From NCBI GenBank assembly GCA_945865375.1, contig CAMBEJ010000009.1, positions 479 through 64,478 on the forward strand: 64,000 nucleotides of DNA, written 5' to 3'. A program made the position numbers and the translations under genes. This document shows positions 17,968-27,614 of the stretch, piece by piece (positions within the stretch are counted from its first letter, which is position 1; each line of letters opens with the position of its first letter). Source of the stretch: Akkermansia muciniphila. GTDB taxonomy: Bacteria; Verrucomicrobiota; Verrucomicrobiia; Limisphaerales; F1-80-MAGS106. Under the pieces are notes generated by a model. It ran no database searches, was not told where the DNA came from, and worked only from the letters and a program-made list of their open reading frames with translations.

Positions 17968-18417
17968 ATGAGTTTGGGTCGTACAACTTTGAGTGCCCTG
18001 TTCCGCTTTGTCGCGGCCGTGGCGCTCGTGGTGTTCGTCGCGGCCCAGGCGATGTGTTTCGCGCACTGCCACTTCGGCGGCGGCCGTGAGGACCAGGCCC
18101 AACCGTCCTGCCATGCTTCGTCACGCACGACGGCTTCGCGCGATGTCCAGGATCAGCCGGCGCCCACCGCTCCCGCAACCACCCCGGCGTGCTCGGCCTT
18201 GAAAACGATGCTGATCACCGATGACGCGGGAACGCTCGTCGCGCAACCCCTCACCTCGCTTTATATTCTGGGTGCGGTTTTCCCCACGCTAAACGTGACT
18301 GAAACGCAGGCGGAAGCAGCGTTCTCACGCCAAGCTCGGCCCCGCGATTGGGTCTTCACGCCTTTAGTCTGCCTCGGTCCAGCGTTCCGCAGCCTCGCTC
18401 CTCCTCTCGTCGCCTAA
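17968..18417 (+). CDS. Hypothetical small membrane-anchored Cys/His-rich protein upstream of the metal efflux operon
   Basis: N-terminal TM helix ALFRFVAAVALVVFVAAQA followed by MCFAHCHFGGG...PSCH. No recognised family. Coding status is supported only by position and the TM/CH pattern. Confidence 0.35.
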   Translation: MSLGRTTLSALFRFVAAVALVVFVAAQAMCFAHCHFGGGREDQAQPSCHASSRTTASRDVQDQPAPTAPATTPACSALKTMLITDDAGTLVAQPLTSLYILGAVFPTLNVTETQAEAAFSRQARPRDWVFTPLVCLGPAFRSLAPPLVA

Positions 18418-18553
18418 ATTGATTCCAGCGTGCGCTCGCGCGCATTGGAAATCAAATTCCTTCATCATTCCGTGCCCTCTTGTCACGGAAGTCCCATGTT
18501 AAGTCCCATGTTCGATAGCTGAAAACATTAAACTAAAACTCAAGCCAATAGAT

Positions 18554-19822
18554 ATGAACTCGACGAGGCAATTCCTTTGGGCCGTCTTGGCCTTTCTCCT
18601 GCCAGGGACGCTCGCTTTAACGGCATTTGCGCAAGGGCCTCGCCTGCTGGATGCCGCCTATCTGGACGCTTTACGCGCCGAGGTGCGCACCAATCACCCG
18701 TCCGTCGCCGCCGCGAAGGCGCGCGTGGAGGCCACGGAAGCAGGAGTGCGCGCGGTGCGGTTGTGGGAAGATCCCATGGCCGGATTCGGCATCATGGCTG
18801 CCGAGCGCGGGATGCGCCAGGATGACGGCGACCTGGTGTTTGGCGTGGAGCAGACGTTGCCGCGGCGCAAGCTCTACGAGGCGCGCAAGGCCCGGGCAAC
18901 CGCCGAGCGATCGATATTGGAAGCCGCGACGCGATCTGCCGCGCTGGCGCTTGAAACGCTTGTCGCACAAACCGGCCTCGAGCTTGCGCTGGCGGATGAG
19001 ATGATCGCCATCCAGACGAACCAGTTGGCCTGGCTCGTCAGCATGGCGGTCAACGCGTCTGAGAAGCTCAAGGACCCCATGGCGAACGCCTCGGAACCGT
19101 TGCGCATGGAGAGCGAAGTGGCGCAGGAACGGCAGAAGCTCGATTCCACTCGGAGGCAGCGCGCGCGGTTGACGCAGCAACTCGACATCCTTCTGGGAAG
19201 GTCAGGGCATGAGCCGTGGCCGGTGCTTCGGTTGCCGGAATCCGTGTCGATCACACCCACGCTGGAAGAGGAGTTGGGTCGGCTCTACCTGACAAACCCC
19301 ATGCTCAAGTCCATGGTGAGCACCGCCAACGCGGCGAGCTTGGACATCGATGTGGCGCGGCGCGAGCGCAGTCCGACCTTCTCGGTTGGCGTGGATTCCC
19401 GGGTGTATTCAGGCGGCGATTTTCGGGAGGCGACCCTCGGCGCGAAGATGACGTTGCCGTGGTTCAACAACTCAGTTTATCGGGCCAACACCGAGCGCGC
19501 ACGCCAGCAACGGGTCGCAGCGGAACGTGAAGTTGAGGCGCTCGGACGCACGCTTCGCGGCGGAGCCGTGGCCGCGCACACGGAGTCCGAGAACGCGGCG
19601 CACCAGGCCGTCACGTTCTCCAAGGAAGTCATCCCGCGAGCGCGAAAAGCTGCCGAGTCCACACAGAACGCTTGGATTAGCTCGAAGGCCAGCCTGCTGG
19701 AGGTCCTTGAATCCCAGCGTGCGTTGCTAAACGCCCGGCTGGAGGAGCGACGGTTTGTTGCCGCGCATGGGGCTGCGCTTGAAACGCTCCGCTCCATCGT
19801 TCCGCCTGCGGGTAAACCCTGA
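18554..19822 (+). CDS. Outer membrane factor (TolC/CusC-CzcC family) of the heavy-metal RND system
   Basis: Signal peptide, OEP repeats, and an end 10 nt before the adaptor gene. Confidence 0.75.
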   Translation: MNSTRQFLWAVLAFLLPGTLALTAFAQGPRLLDAAYLDALRAEVRTNHPSVAAAKARVEATEAGVRAVRLWEDPMAGFGIMAAERGMRQDDGDLVFGVEQTLPRRKLYEARKARATAERSILEAATRSAALALETLVAQTGLELALADEMIAIQTNQLAWLVSMAVNASEKLKDPMANASEPLRMESEVAQERQKLDSTRRQRARLTQQLDILLGRSGHEPWPVLRLPESVSITPTLEEELGRLYLTNPMLKSMVSTANAASLDIDVARRERSPTFSVGVDSRVYSGGDFREATLGAKMTLPWFNNSVYRANTERARQQRVAAEREVEALGRTLRGGAVAAHTESENAAHQAVTFSKEVIPRARKAAESTQNAWISSKASLLEVLESQRALLNARLEERRFVAAHGAALETLRSIVPPAGKP

Positions 19823-19832
19823 CACTTTCACA

Positions 19833-21542
19833 ATGAAAACACTCCCAGCCATTCTCTTGACCCTCGCTGTGGCCGTTCCGGCGACTTGGTTTGCGGCACG
19901 AAAGCTGCACCCCAACGGCACAAGTTCCGCCGCGAATCCAGGCCAGTCGCCCGCGATCGACGGGCGCAAGCCGATCTATTATCAAAGCGCGATGCACCCA
20001 TGGGTCAAGTCGCCCAAGCCGGGGCGTTGCACCATTTGCGGCATGGAGCTGACGCCCGTGTATGAAGGCGGCTCCGGTTTCGTTGCGGCGGGCGGCGGCG
20101 ATGTTGTGCCGCTCACCCAGACGATGATCCAGGTGATGCACGTCCAAACCGCCGAGGCCCAAGTGCGGCCACTCCAGAAGACCCTCACGGTTGCTGGCCT
20201 GATTGAAGACGATGCCACAAGGCATCGCGTGCTCGCGGCCTACATCCCGGGCCGGATCCAGAAGCTGTATGTGAACTTTATGGGCGCGGAGGTTGAGAAG
20301 GGGCAACCTCTTGCCGAATACTACAGCCCGACGCTCCTGCAAGCCGAGCGAGATTATCGAACCCTGACCGGCGAGCTGCGCGCCGCCACCGCGCTCCGAC
20401 TGCTGCAAATGGGATTGACCGCCGCGCAAATCGAGGCGCTTCCGCAAAAGCCTGCCGACAAGCTGACTTCGCAGATCCTCGCGCCTCTCGGGGGAACGGT
20501 CGTCGAGCAAAATGTGTATGAGGGCCAATACTTGCAGGAGGGTGAGAAGCTGTTTGAAATCGCCGACTTCTCGACGATGTGGTTTCAGTTCCGTGCCTAC
20601 GAGCAAGATCTGCCTTGGATCAAGCCCGGTCTCAAAGTGGATGTCACGACGCCTTCTCATCCGGGTGTGATTTTCACTGGAAATATTTCCTTCATAGAAC
20701 CGAACTTCGATCCCATCACGCGCTCGACCAAAGTGCGTGTCGAACTGGAGAATCCGACTGCGGAATCCGGCCATCGTATGCTGCACCGTCTGTATGCGGA
20801 TGGCCGTGTGCATCTGGAGGCACCGCGGGTTCTTACGGTGCCGCGCACCGCGATCATTGAAACCGGCCCTGAAGCGGTCGCGTATGTGGATCAGGGCGGC
20901 GGCGCTTATTCGCGACGCGTGCTCAAGCTCGGCCGTCGCGGTGACGTGATGGTTGAAGTAGCGCAGGGCCTGAGCGAGGGAGACAAGGTGGTCGTGAACG
21001 GCAATCTGCTCATCGATGGACAGGCCGAGATGAATCGCACTTTCGCCGAGCCTGCCGCCCCGCCTGCGACGGCCGCCCTGATGCCAGCGCTGACAGGGAA
21101 CGAACGCGAAGCGGTCACATTATTTTTCGCATTAGCCGACGCCATCACGTTCTCGCTGGCGGCAGATGACCTCGGCCACTTCAACACGGAGGCGGCAAAA
21201 ACGCACGCTGCCACGCCCGCTCTGCTGGCGACGTTTCCCGAAGGCAGCGCGTGGCGCGGCCTTTTGAAATCCTTCGAGACCGCCGGCCATTTGAATCAGG
21301 TGGCGGATCTGAAAATGGCGCGCAAGGAATTCTATCCGTTTAGCAACGCCGTCGTCGCGCTGGCGCAGGCTTTGAGGCGCACCGAAAAGGAATTCACTTC
21401 CCTGAAAGTGTTCCGCTGTCCTATGACGAAAAGTGTTTTTCCAGACGCCCCGGCATCGGCGCATTGGATGCAGCTTCAGCCTGGCATCAGAAACCCCTAC
21501 ATGGGCACTCGGATGATCGACTGCGGAACGGAGGTCAAGTGA
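19833..21542 (+). CDS. cusB: RND periplasmic adaptor (CusB/CzcB-like) with an N-terminal heavy-metal-binding domain and a DUF3347-like C-terminal extension
   Basis: YYQSAMHPWVKSPKPGRCTICGMELTPV (HMBD CxxC), then an HlyD/MFP barrel-sandwich and beta-barrel region. C-terminal FYPFSNAVVALAQAL...FRCPMTKSVFPDAPASAHWMQL. Confidence 0.75.
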   Translation: MKTLPAILLTLAVAVPATWFAARKLHPNGTSSAANPGQSPAIDGRKPIYYQSAMHPWVKSPKPGRCTICGMELTPVYEGGSGFVAAGGGDVVPLTQTMIQVMHVQTAEAQVRPLQKTLTVAGLIEDDATRHRVLAAYIPGRIQKLYVNFMGAEVEKGQPLAEYYSPTLLQAERDYRTLTGELRAATALRLLQMGLTAAQIEALPQKPADKLTSQILAPLGGTVVEQNVYEGQYLQEGEKLFEIADFSTMWFQFRAYEQDLPWIKPGLKVDVTTPSHPGVIFTGNISFIEPNFDPITRSTKVRVELENPTAESGHRMLHRLYADGRVHLEAPRVLTVPRTAIIETGPEAVAYVDQGGGAYSRRVLKLGRRGDVMVEVAQGLSEGDKVVVNGNLLIDGQAEMNRTFAEPAAPPATAALMPALTGNEREAVTLFFALADAITFSLAADDLGHFNTEAAKTHAATPALLATFPEGSAWRGLLKSFETAGHLNQVADLKMARKEFYPFSNAVVALAQALRRTEKEFTSLKVFRCPMTKSVFPDAPASAHWMQLQPGIRNPYMGTRMIDCGTEVK

Positions 21543-21579
21543 AGATCATGATGACAAGATCACTTTTGTCCCACGGCCT

Positions 21580-24500
21580 ATGATCCAACGCGTCATCGAA
21601 TGGAGTTTGAGAAACCGGTTTCTGGTTTTCTGCGGCGTGCTCCTGATCATCGCACTGGGCGTGAGAGCGGTGTTCAAGACACCTGTGGACGCCATCCCGG
21701 ACCTCACGGAAAACCAGGTGCTTGTCTATGCTGACTGGATGGGCCGCAGCCCTCAGGAGGTGGAGGACCAAGTGACTTATCCGCTGTCCACCGGCTTGCA
21801 GGGGCTCGCGGGCGTGAAGGACGTCCGGGCCGTCTCGATGTTCGGCTTCTCGCTGCTCACAATTATTTTCGAAGATAACATCGACACCTATTTCGCGCGG
21901 ACGCGCGTTTTGGAGCGGCTCAATTATCTGCAAGGCGCGATGCCCGAAGGCGTGAAGCCGCAACTCGGACCGGACGCCACCGGGCTCGGCTGGGTCTATC
22001 AGTACTATCTCGATGTCGATCCGTCGGTATCGCCCGATGGCGGCTACGATCTCGGCAAGCTTCGCGCCGTGCAGGACTGGCACATCCGCTACCAACTCGC
22101 GAGCGTGCAGGGTGTGGCGGAGGTCGCGAGCATCGGCGGCTTCGTGAAGCAGTATCAAATCGAACTCTCCACGGCGAGGATGCGGGCGGCCAACGTCACC
22201 ATCATGGAGGTGGTGACGGCGGTGCAAAACGCCAACCTCAACGTTGGCGGCAAGGTGATTGAGGAAAACGGCGCTGAGTTCGTATTGCGGGGCATCGGCC
22301 TGGTCGAAAGCACCGAGGACCTCGAGCTCATTCCCATCAAGGCGATGGATGGCACGCCCATTTATGTGAAGGATATTGCCACGGTGCAAATCGGCGGTGA
22401 CTTCAGGCGCGGGGCGCTCGACATCGGAGGGCGCGAGGCGGTTGGGGGGACGGTGGTCATGCGGACGGGCGAGAACGCCAAGGCCGTCATCGAGCGAGTG
22501 AAGGCGAAGATTGCGCAGATTTCCAAGAGCCTGCCGCCCGGGATTTCCATCAAGCCGTTCTACGACCGCAGTCAATTGATTGACCGCACCATCGAAACGC
22601 TCAAGCACGCGCTCCTCGAGGAGATCGTTCTCGTCACCCTGGCGCACATCATTTTTCTTTGGCACTTCCGAAGCATCCTGATCGTGACCCTGCCGTTGCC
22701 CATTTCCATCCTCATATCCTTCCTGCTGATGAGGCAATTCAACATCACCAGCAACATCATGTCGCTGACAGGCATCGCCATTGCCATTGGCGTTCTGGTG
22801 GACGCGGCCATCGTCGTCACGGAGAACGTTCTCCGCCACTGCGAACGCGCGGAGGAAACGAAAGGTGGAAGGCTCACGGCAGCGGAGACATGGCACGAAA
22901 CGTTGACCGCATGCCAGCAGGTGGGGCGGCCCATCTTCTTCGCGATGGGCATCATTATTCTCGCTTTCGTGCCGGTGTTCGCCCTCACGGGGCAGGAGGG
23001 CAAGTTGTTCCATCCGCTCGCGTGGACAAAAACATTCGCCATGGCCGGCTCGACGCTGCTCGCGGTGACGCTGGTCCCGGTGTTGTGCAGCCTGTTGGTG
23101 CGCGGGCCGTTTCACGGAGAAAGCCACAACATCGTGATGCGCTGGCTGCTGAGGATCTACGACCCAGCGCTCAACTGGGCTTTGAACCATCGCAAGACGG
23201 TGATGGGCGCGGCGGGGATGCTGCTGGCGGCGGCGCTGGTGACGGCATTCGGACTGCCGCGGGCCTGGGTGAAGCAAATGCTCGACCACGGATGGGAGCG
23301 CACCGCCAGCCTCACCCAAGGGTTCGGCAAAGAGTTCATGCCGCCGCTCAACGAAGGCAGCTTGCTCTACATGCCCGTCATGCTCCCAAAAACTGGTCTC
23401 AAAGAAATCCAGCGCGTCATGTCCTGGCAGGACAAAGTGTTAAGCGCCGTGTCGGAGATCGAAACCGTCGCGGGCAAGTTGGGCCGTTTCGAGACGCCCA
23501 CGGATCCCGCGCCCACCGAGATGTTGGAAACGACCATCACGCTCAAACCGGAGTGGATTCCGGCGCACCGCGTCGTGCTCGGCTTCATCAAGATTCCGCG
23601 AGTGGTCCGCAACCCGGCATGGCGCGAGGGCATGACGGTCGAGAAGCTCAAGGCTGAGCTGACGGAGATGATGAAGCTCGTGCCCGGCTACGTGCCCGCG
23701 TTTCTCCAACCCATTGAGAACCGGATTCTCATGCTCTACACCGGCATCCGCGCGCAGGTGGGAGTGAAGATTTACGGCGATAACCTGGACGCCATTCAGC
23801 AGAAAGCTTACGAAGTCGAGAGTGTGGTGAAGCGGATACGCGGCGCGGTTGGCGTCTCCCCTTCACGTGTCCAGGGAAAGCCCTACCTGAACGTGAAGGT
23901 GGATAGGAAAGCACTCGCGCGCTATAACCTGAGCGTCCGGGACGTGCTCGACGCCGTGGAGGTGGCCATCGGGGGCAAGAATGTCAGCGTCACCATCGAG
24001 GGGCGCGAGCGATTCCCCATCCAAGTCCGTCTCGAGCGCGGCGAGCGAGACGACATTGAGAAGATTGGCAGCATCCTCATTGCGTCGCGAGGACCGACGG
24101 GAGGTGGCATGGGCGGTTCGGCTCGCCGCACCTCTATGGGCGTGAGTGCTGCCAGCGACAACCAGTTGCTCACCTACATCCCGCTTGCGATGGTCGCCAA
24201 AATTTCGCGCGAAGTGGGCGCGAACGAAATCGCCAGCGAGAACGGGCGCCTCCGCTCCTATGTGCAATCGAACGTCCAGGACCGCGATCTAGGCGGATTC
24301 GTCAACGAGATTGAACAGGAGTTGCTGAAGCTCGATTGGGGCAATATGACCTATCAGATGACGGGCGAATATGAGAACCAGCGGCGTTTCGTGAAGACCA
24401 TGCAACTCGTCTTCCCAGCCGTGCTCCTGATCATCTTCGTGATGCTCTACATGGTCTATCACAGCGCGCTCGAGGCCGCCCACGTCATGCTCGCCGTGCC

Positions 24501-24984
24501 GTTCGCCCTGAGCGGTGGCGTCTTCCTGCAAAAGCTGCTCGGCTACAATTTCAATGGCGCGGTATGGGTGGGTTACATCGCCCTTTTTGGAACCGCGGTG
24601 CAAACAGGCATTGTGATGGTGGTCTACCTCGAAGAAATGGTGAAGAAACGCATGATCGAACGCGGCAGCGACTTCAACCACGCCGACCTCGTTCAAGCCG
24701 TGAAGGACGGCGCCCGCCTTCGCCTTCGTCCGAAGGTGATGACCGTCGCGACGATTGTGGCGAGCCTGCTGCCCATCATGTGGAGTGACAGGCAGGGCGC
24801 TGAAGTGATGAAGCCGCTGGCCACGCCCGTCATCGGCGGCATGATTTCCAGCCTCCTCCACATCCTCATCGTCACCCCTGTCATCTTCCTCTGGCTGCGA
24901 GCACGTGATCTCCCGCCGAGCTCCGCAACACAGGCTTCAGCCACGAGGGAAACAATCCAAAAGGAAGGCCCCGAAAATCCATGA
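21580..24984 (+). CDS. cusA: Heavy-metal efflux RND pump, CusA/CzcA family
   Basis: 1134 aa, 12-TM RND layout. MIQRVIEWSLRNRFLV N-terminus. FMPPLNEGSLLYMP resembles the E. coli CusA segment NEGDLLYMP. Confidence 0.85.
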   Translation: MIQRVIEWSLRNRFLVFCGVLLIIALGVRAVFKTPVDAIPDLTENQVLVYADWMGRSPQEVEDQVTYPLSTGLQGLAGVKDVRAVSMFGFSLLTIIFEDNIDTYFARTRVLERLNYLQGAMPEGVKPQLGPDATGLGWVYQYYLDVDPSVSPDGGYDLGKLRAVQDWHIRYQLASVQGVAEVASIGGFVKQYQIELSTARMRAANVTIMEVVTAVQNANLNVGGKVIEENGAEFVLRGIGLVESTEDLELIPIKAMDGTPIYVKDIATVQIGGDFRRGALDIGGREAVGGTVVMRTGENAKAVIERVKAKIAQISKSLPPGISIKPFYDRSQLIDRTIETLKHALLEEIVLVTLAHIIFLWHFRSILIVTLPLPISILISFLLMRQFNITSNIMSLTGIAIAIGVLVDAAIVVTENVLRHCERAEETKGGRLTAAETWHETLTACQQVGRPIFFAMGIIILAFVPVFALTGQEGKLFHPLAWTKTFAMAGSTLLAVTLVPVLCSLLVRGPFHGESHNIVMRWLLRIYDPALNWALNHRKTVMGAAGMLLAAALVTAFGLPRAWVKQMLDHGWERTASLTQGFGKEFMPPLNEGSLLYMPVMLPKTGLKEIQRVMSWQDKVLSAVSEIETVAGKLGRFETPTDPAPTEMLETTITLKPEWIPAHRVVLGFIKIPRVVRNPAWREGMTVEKLKAELTEMMKLVPGYVPAFLQPIENRILMLYTGIRAQVGVKIYGDNLDAIQQKAYEVESVVKRIRGAVGVSPSRVQGKPYLNVKVDRKALARYNLSVRDVLDAVEVAIGGKNVSVTIEGRERFPIQVRLERGERDDIEKIGSILIASRGPTGGGMGGSARRTSMGVSAASDNQLLTYIPLAMVAKISREVGANEIASENGRLRSYVQSNVQDRDLGGFVNEIEQELLKLDWGNMTYQMTGEYENQRRFVKTMQLVFPAVLLIIFVMLYMVYHSALEAAHVMLAVPFALSGGVFLQKLLGYNFNGAVWVGYIALFGTAVQTGIVMVVYLEEMVKKRMIERGSDFNHADLVQAVKDGARLRLRPKVMTVATIVASLLPIMWSDRQGAEVMKPLATPVIGGMISSLLHILIVTPVIFLWLRARDLPPSSATQASATRETIQKEGPENP

Positions 24985-25049
24985 ACAGAAGCAGAACCAT
25001 GCCCACCACTTGAAACCGGCAATTGAACTGATCGCACCAATTGCAGAGG

Positions 25050-25110
25050 GCGCATCCCGCAGTTGTCGGTTGCGGAGCACGACCTGAGACAAACCCGATG
25101 GGACGCTCCT
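25050..25110 (+). repeat. 61-nt conserved segment, copy 1 (partner at 48182-48242)
   Basis: 51/61 identical positions to 48182-48242 by manual alignment. Both copies lie about 55-65 nt downstream of a plus-strand stop codon. Confidence 0.7.
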
Positions 25111-25406
25111 ATGAGAATCGGTGGGGCGCAACGAGAAGAACTTGCGGAATTCTGCAAGCGGCATGATAATTCGTCGGTATGGGTTTTGCGGAGGTATTCA
25201 ACGTCACCAGTGTTCGCGACTCTTTACCCATGTGTTTGCTGGTATTTTTGAGGTTAAATGAACGACCGGATTAAGGATAAACGGCAGTGGGCCATGGCGG
25301 GGAGAACCAGCGTCCACACTTTGATCCCCGCCGCACTCCAGAATGGTTGGTTCATTGGCGGGCTTGGGCGGACTGTCCCAGTAACAGAACCTAGGAGGAC
25401 TGTCCC

Positions 25407-25658
25407 ATGCCTATGAACCGCCCGCGAACGGACTTGGAGCGCCTGGTGCTGACGGTGCATCGACGCAACGGCGGAACACGGACGTCGTTGGATTTCGACA
25501 CGGAGTTGTTGGGTCCAGAGTTTGGGCTCGATTCCCTTGATTTAGCCGAGATCATGGCGGAGGTGGAACGTCGATTTGGGGTGTCACCTTTTGAAGCGGC
25601 CGAGCCGCCTCGGGTGTGGCAGGATGTGATCAAGTTGGTGGTGTTGAACATCCGTTAA
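25407..25658 (+). CDS. Acyl carrier protein-like
   Basis: 83 aa. GLDSLDLAEIMAEVERRFGV contains the DSL phosphopantetheine-attachment motif. AGGAGG lies 8 nt upstream of the ATG. Confidence 0.6.
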   Translation: MPMNRPRTDLERLVLTVHRRNGGTRTSLDFDTELLGPEFGLDSLDLAEIMAEVERRFGVSPFEAAEPPRVWQDVIKLVVLNIR

Positions 25659-25705
25659 GAGGCCCAACGGAGGCCTCGTCAAGGCGGTGTTAAACTTGTG
25701 GGTTT

Positions 25706-26764
25706 ATGGAGGAAGCAGAGCCGTTTGAGACGTTGTGCGCCCTGTTTAGAGAGCTCGAACGAGGGCGTTCGGTCGCTTTGAGCGGGGATGCAACGCCTCC
25801 CTCGGGTGTGAGCGGAATCGGGCCTTGGGTGGGTGTTAGCACTTCGGGGACCACGGGGCATCCGATCCGGGTGTGGCGGGCGTGGAGAGAGTTCAAGGAG
25901 AGCATCGCCGTGTCTTCGTCGAGGATGGGTTGGGCGTGGGCGACAGGGTTTCGCCCCGATTCCTATGCGGGCGCTCAAGTGGCGGCGCAGGCTTGGTTGG
26001 AGCGAGGAAAGGTTCATTTTATGAAAGAGGTGGGGCGGTCCACCTGGAGGTTGTTGGAGCAGGAATCAGTTGATGCCATCTCGGCGACCCCCACCTTCGT
26101 CGATTTGCTTTTGAGCTCAAGCCGTCGTGCGCAGCGCTGGTGTCCGCGGCAGTTAACTTTGGGAGGGGAAGTATTGCGATCGGTCGTGGGGCAACGCATT
26201 CGAGCCCAATTCTTCGGGGCGCGAATTCAGGTGGTTTATGCGTCGAGCGAGCTAGGGTTGATTTTTAGGACGCGTCGCATGGACGGACTCTATGAGGTGA
26301 AGGGATTGGACCTGCGATTTCAGGGATGGCGGTTGACCACAGAGGGGCTTGCGACTTCCGAGAAGAGCGGAGCGTTGGAATTGCTTTTGGATGGGGAGTG
26401 GAGGCGCACGGGCGATGTGGCGGAGTGGGTGGCCGAGTCATCGGGGGAGGAATGCATCAGGCTGGTGGGGAGGTGTGACGCGGTGGCCAACGTGGGTGGG
26501 ACCAAGGTGAGTTTGGACTGGGTGGTCTCGGTGGCGGAAAGTGTGCCTGGCGTGGCGCGGGCGGTGGCGTGGGCGGAGCGAAATGCGGTCGTGGGCGAGG
26601 TTATTGGATTGCGAGTGGAGCCGGAGCCGGGATTGGATTGGGTGGCATTGAGACCGCAGGTTGAGCGGTGCTTCTGGTCGAGACTTCCGAAGCCGGGATG
26701 GCCAAGGGTGTGGGAGGTGGGAGTAATCGGTTTGGGGGTGAACGGAAAACGGGTGCGACGGTGA
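25706..26764 (+). CDS. Short AMP-binding (adenylate-forming) enzyme, probable acyl-ACP/CoA ligase
   Basis: TSGTTGHPI (A3), YASSELG (A5), RTGD (A7), GRCDAVANVGGTKV (A8) and a C-terminal NGKRV Lys (A10). Only 352 aa. Confidence 0.6.
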   Translation: MEEAEPFETLCALFRELERGRSVALSGDATPPSGVSGIGPWVGVSTSGTTGHPIRVWRAWREFKESIAVSSSRMGWAWATGFRPDSYAGAQVAAQAWLERGKVHFMKEVGRSTWRLLEQESVDAISATPTFVDLLLSSSRRAQRWCPRQLTLGGEVLRSVVGQRIRAQFFGARIQVVYASSELGLIFRTRRMDGLYEVKGLDLRFQGWRLTTEGLATSEKSGALELLLDGEWRRTGDVAEWVAESSGEECIRLVGRCDAVANVGGTKVSLDWVVSVAESVPGVARAVAWAERNAVVGEVIGLRVEPEPGLDWVALRPQVERCFWSRLPKPGWPRVWEVGVIGLGVNGKRVRR

Positions 26765-26771
26765 GGAGAAG

Positions 26772-26813
26772 CAGAGAGCGGAAATGGGTTTGATCGCCGC
26801 TTTCTGTTTTCGG
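26772..26813 (+). terminator. Candidate intrinsic terminator after the adenylating-enzyme gene
   Basis: Stem cagagagcgg (26772-26781) pairs with ccgctttctg (26797-26806), 10 bp including one G-U. The loop is 15 nt and the stem is followed by ttttcgg. Confidence 0.35.
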
Positions 26814-26856
26814 ATTTCATGACTGTTGCCGCCGCGCACCAAAAGGGGTTGTTTGG

Positions 26857-27573
26857 ATGAAACGATATCTTGTTACGGGAGGATCCAGAGGGTTGGGTTT
26901 GTGTGTGGTCAGGGCTTTGCTCGAGTCGGGCGCACAGGTCCTCACATGTGCTCGACGGAGGAGCGAAGGCGTCGATGCCCTGGCGGCTGAGTTCGGCCCA
27001 CGGGTCCGCTTCCTGGAGGTCGATTTGGCGATGCGAGGGACGGTGGCACGATTGGTTCGCGAGTTTGACCTGCTGGATGGATTGGATGGGTTCGTGGCGA
27101 ACGCCGCACTGGGTCTTGATGGAATGCTGACGTTGTCGCCGGAGGAATCGATGCGCGCGTGCGTGGAGGTGAACTTGATATCGTCAATGCTGCTCGCTCG
27201 CGAAGTGATCAAAGGGATGTTCCGCCGGAAACAAGGCAGTCTGGTGTTTGTGTCGTCGGTTGCCGCGCGCACGGGTGTCAGCGGATTGACGGTTTATAGC
27301 GCGACGAAGGCCGGGTTGTGCGGATTTTCGAAGGCGCTTGCCAGGGAATACGGGCCGGTGGGAATTCGATCGAATTGTGTTTTGCCTGGTTTCCTGGACA
27401 CGGAAATGACCCATGGGTTGACCAAGCCCGCGCGGGATCGAATCGCGGCCAGGTCATCGTTGAAACGACTTGGAGCGGCGTCGGATATCGTGGGAGCGGT
27501 CTGCTTTTTGTTATCGGATGCGGCCGCTTTTGTGACGGGAACCGAGGTTGTGATTGATGGCGGAATGCTTTGA
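26857..27573 (+). CDS. Short-chain dehydrogenase/reductase (FabG-like ketoreductase)
   Basis: VTGGSRGLG (TGxxxGxG), YSATKAG (YxxxK), 238 aa. Confidence 0.8.
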   Translation: MKRYLVTGGSRGLGLCVVRALLESGAQVLTCARRRSEGVDALAAEFGPRVRFLEVDLAMRGTVARLVREFDLLDGLDGFVANAALGLDGMLTLSPEESMRACVEVNLISSMLLAREVIKGMFRRKQGSLVFVSSVAARTGVSGLTVYSATKAGLCGFSKALAREYGPVGIRSNCVLPGFLDTEMTHGLTKPARDRIAARSSLKRLGAASDIVGAVCFLLSDAAAFVTGTEVVIDGGML

Positions 27574-27614
27574 AAGCTGAGGTCAAGCCCACTTTTTTGC
27601 CTTTCGACGACTGA

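Noticed and set aside
25063-25251. The 62-aa ORF whose middle (REELAEFCKRH) recalls the N-terminus of nucleotidyltransferase-type antitoxins
   Set aside because: The similarity is limited to about 10 residues, and the expected LFGS...D.D motif is absent in all three frames downstream. It is reported only as part of the 61-nt repeat observation.
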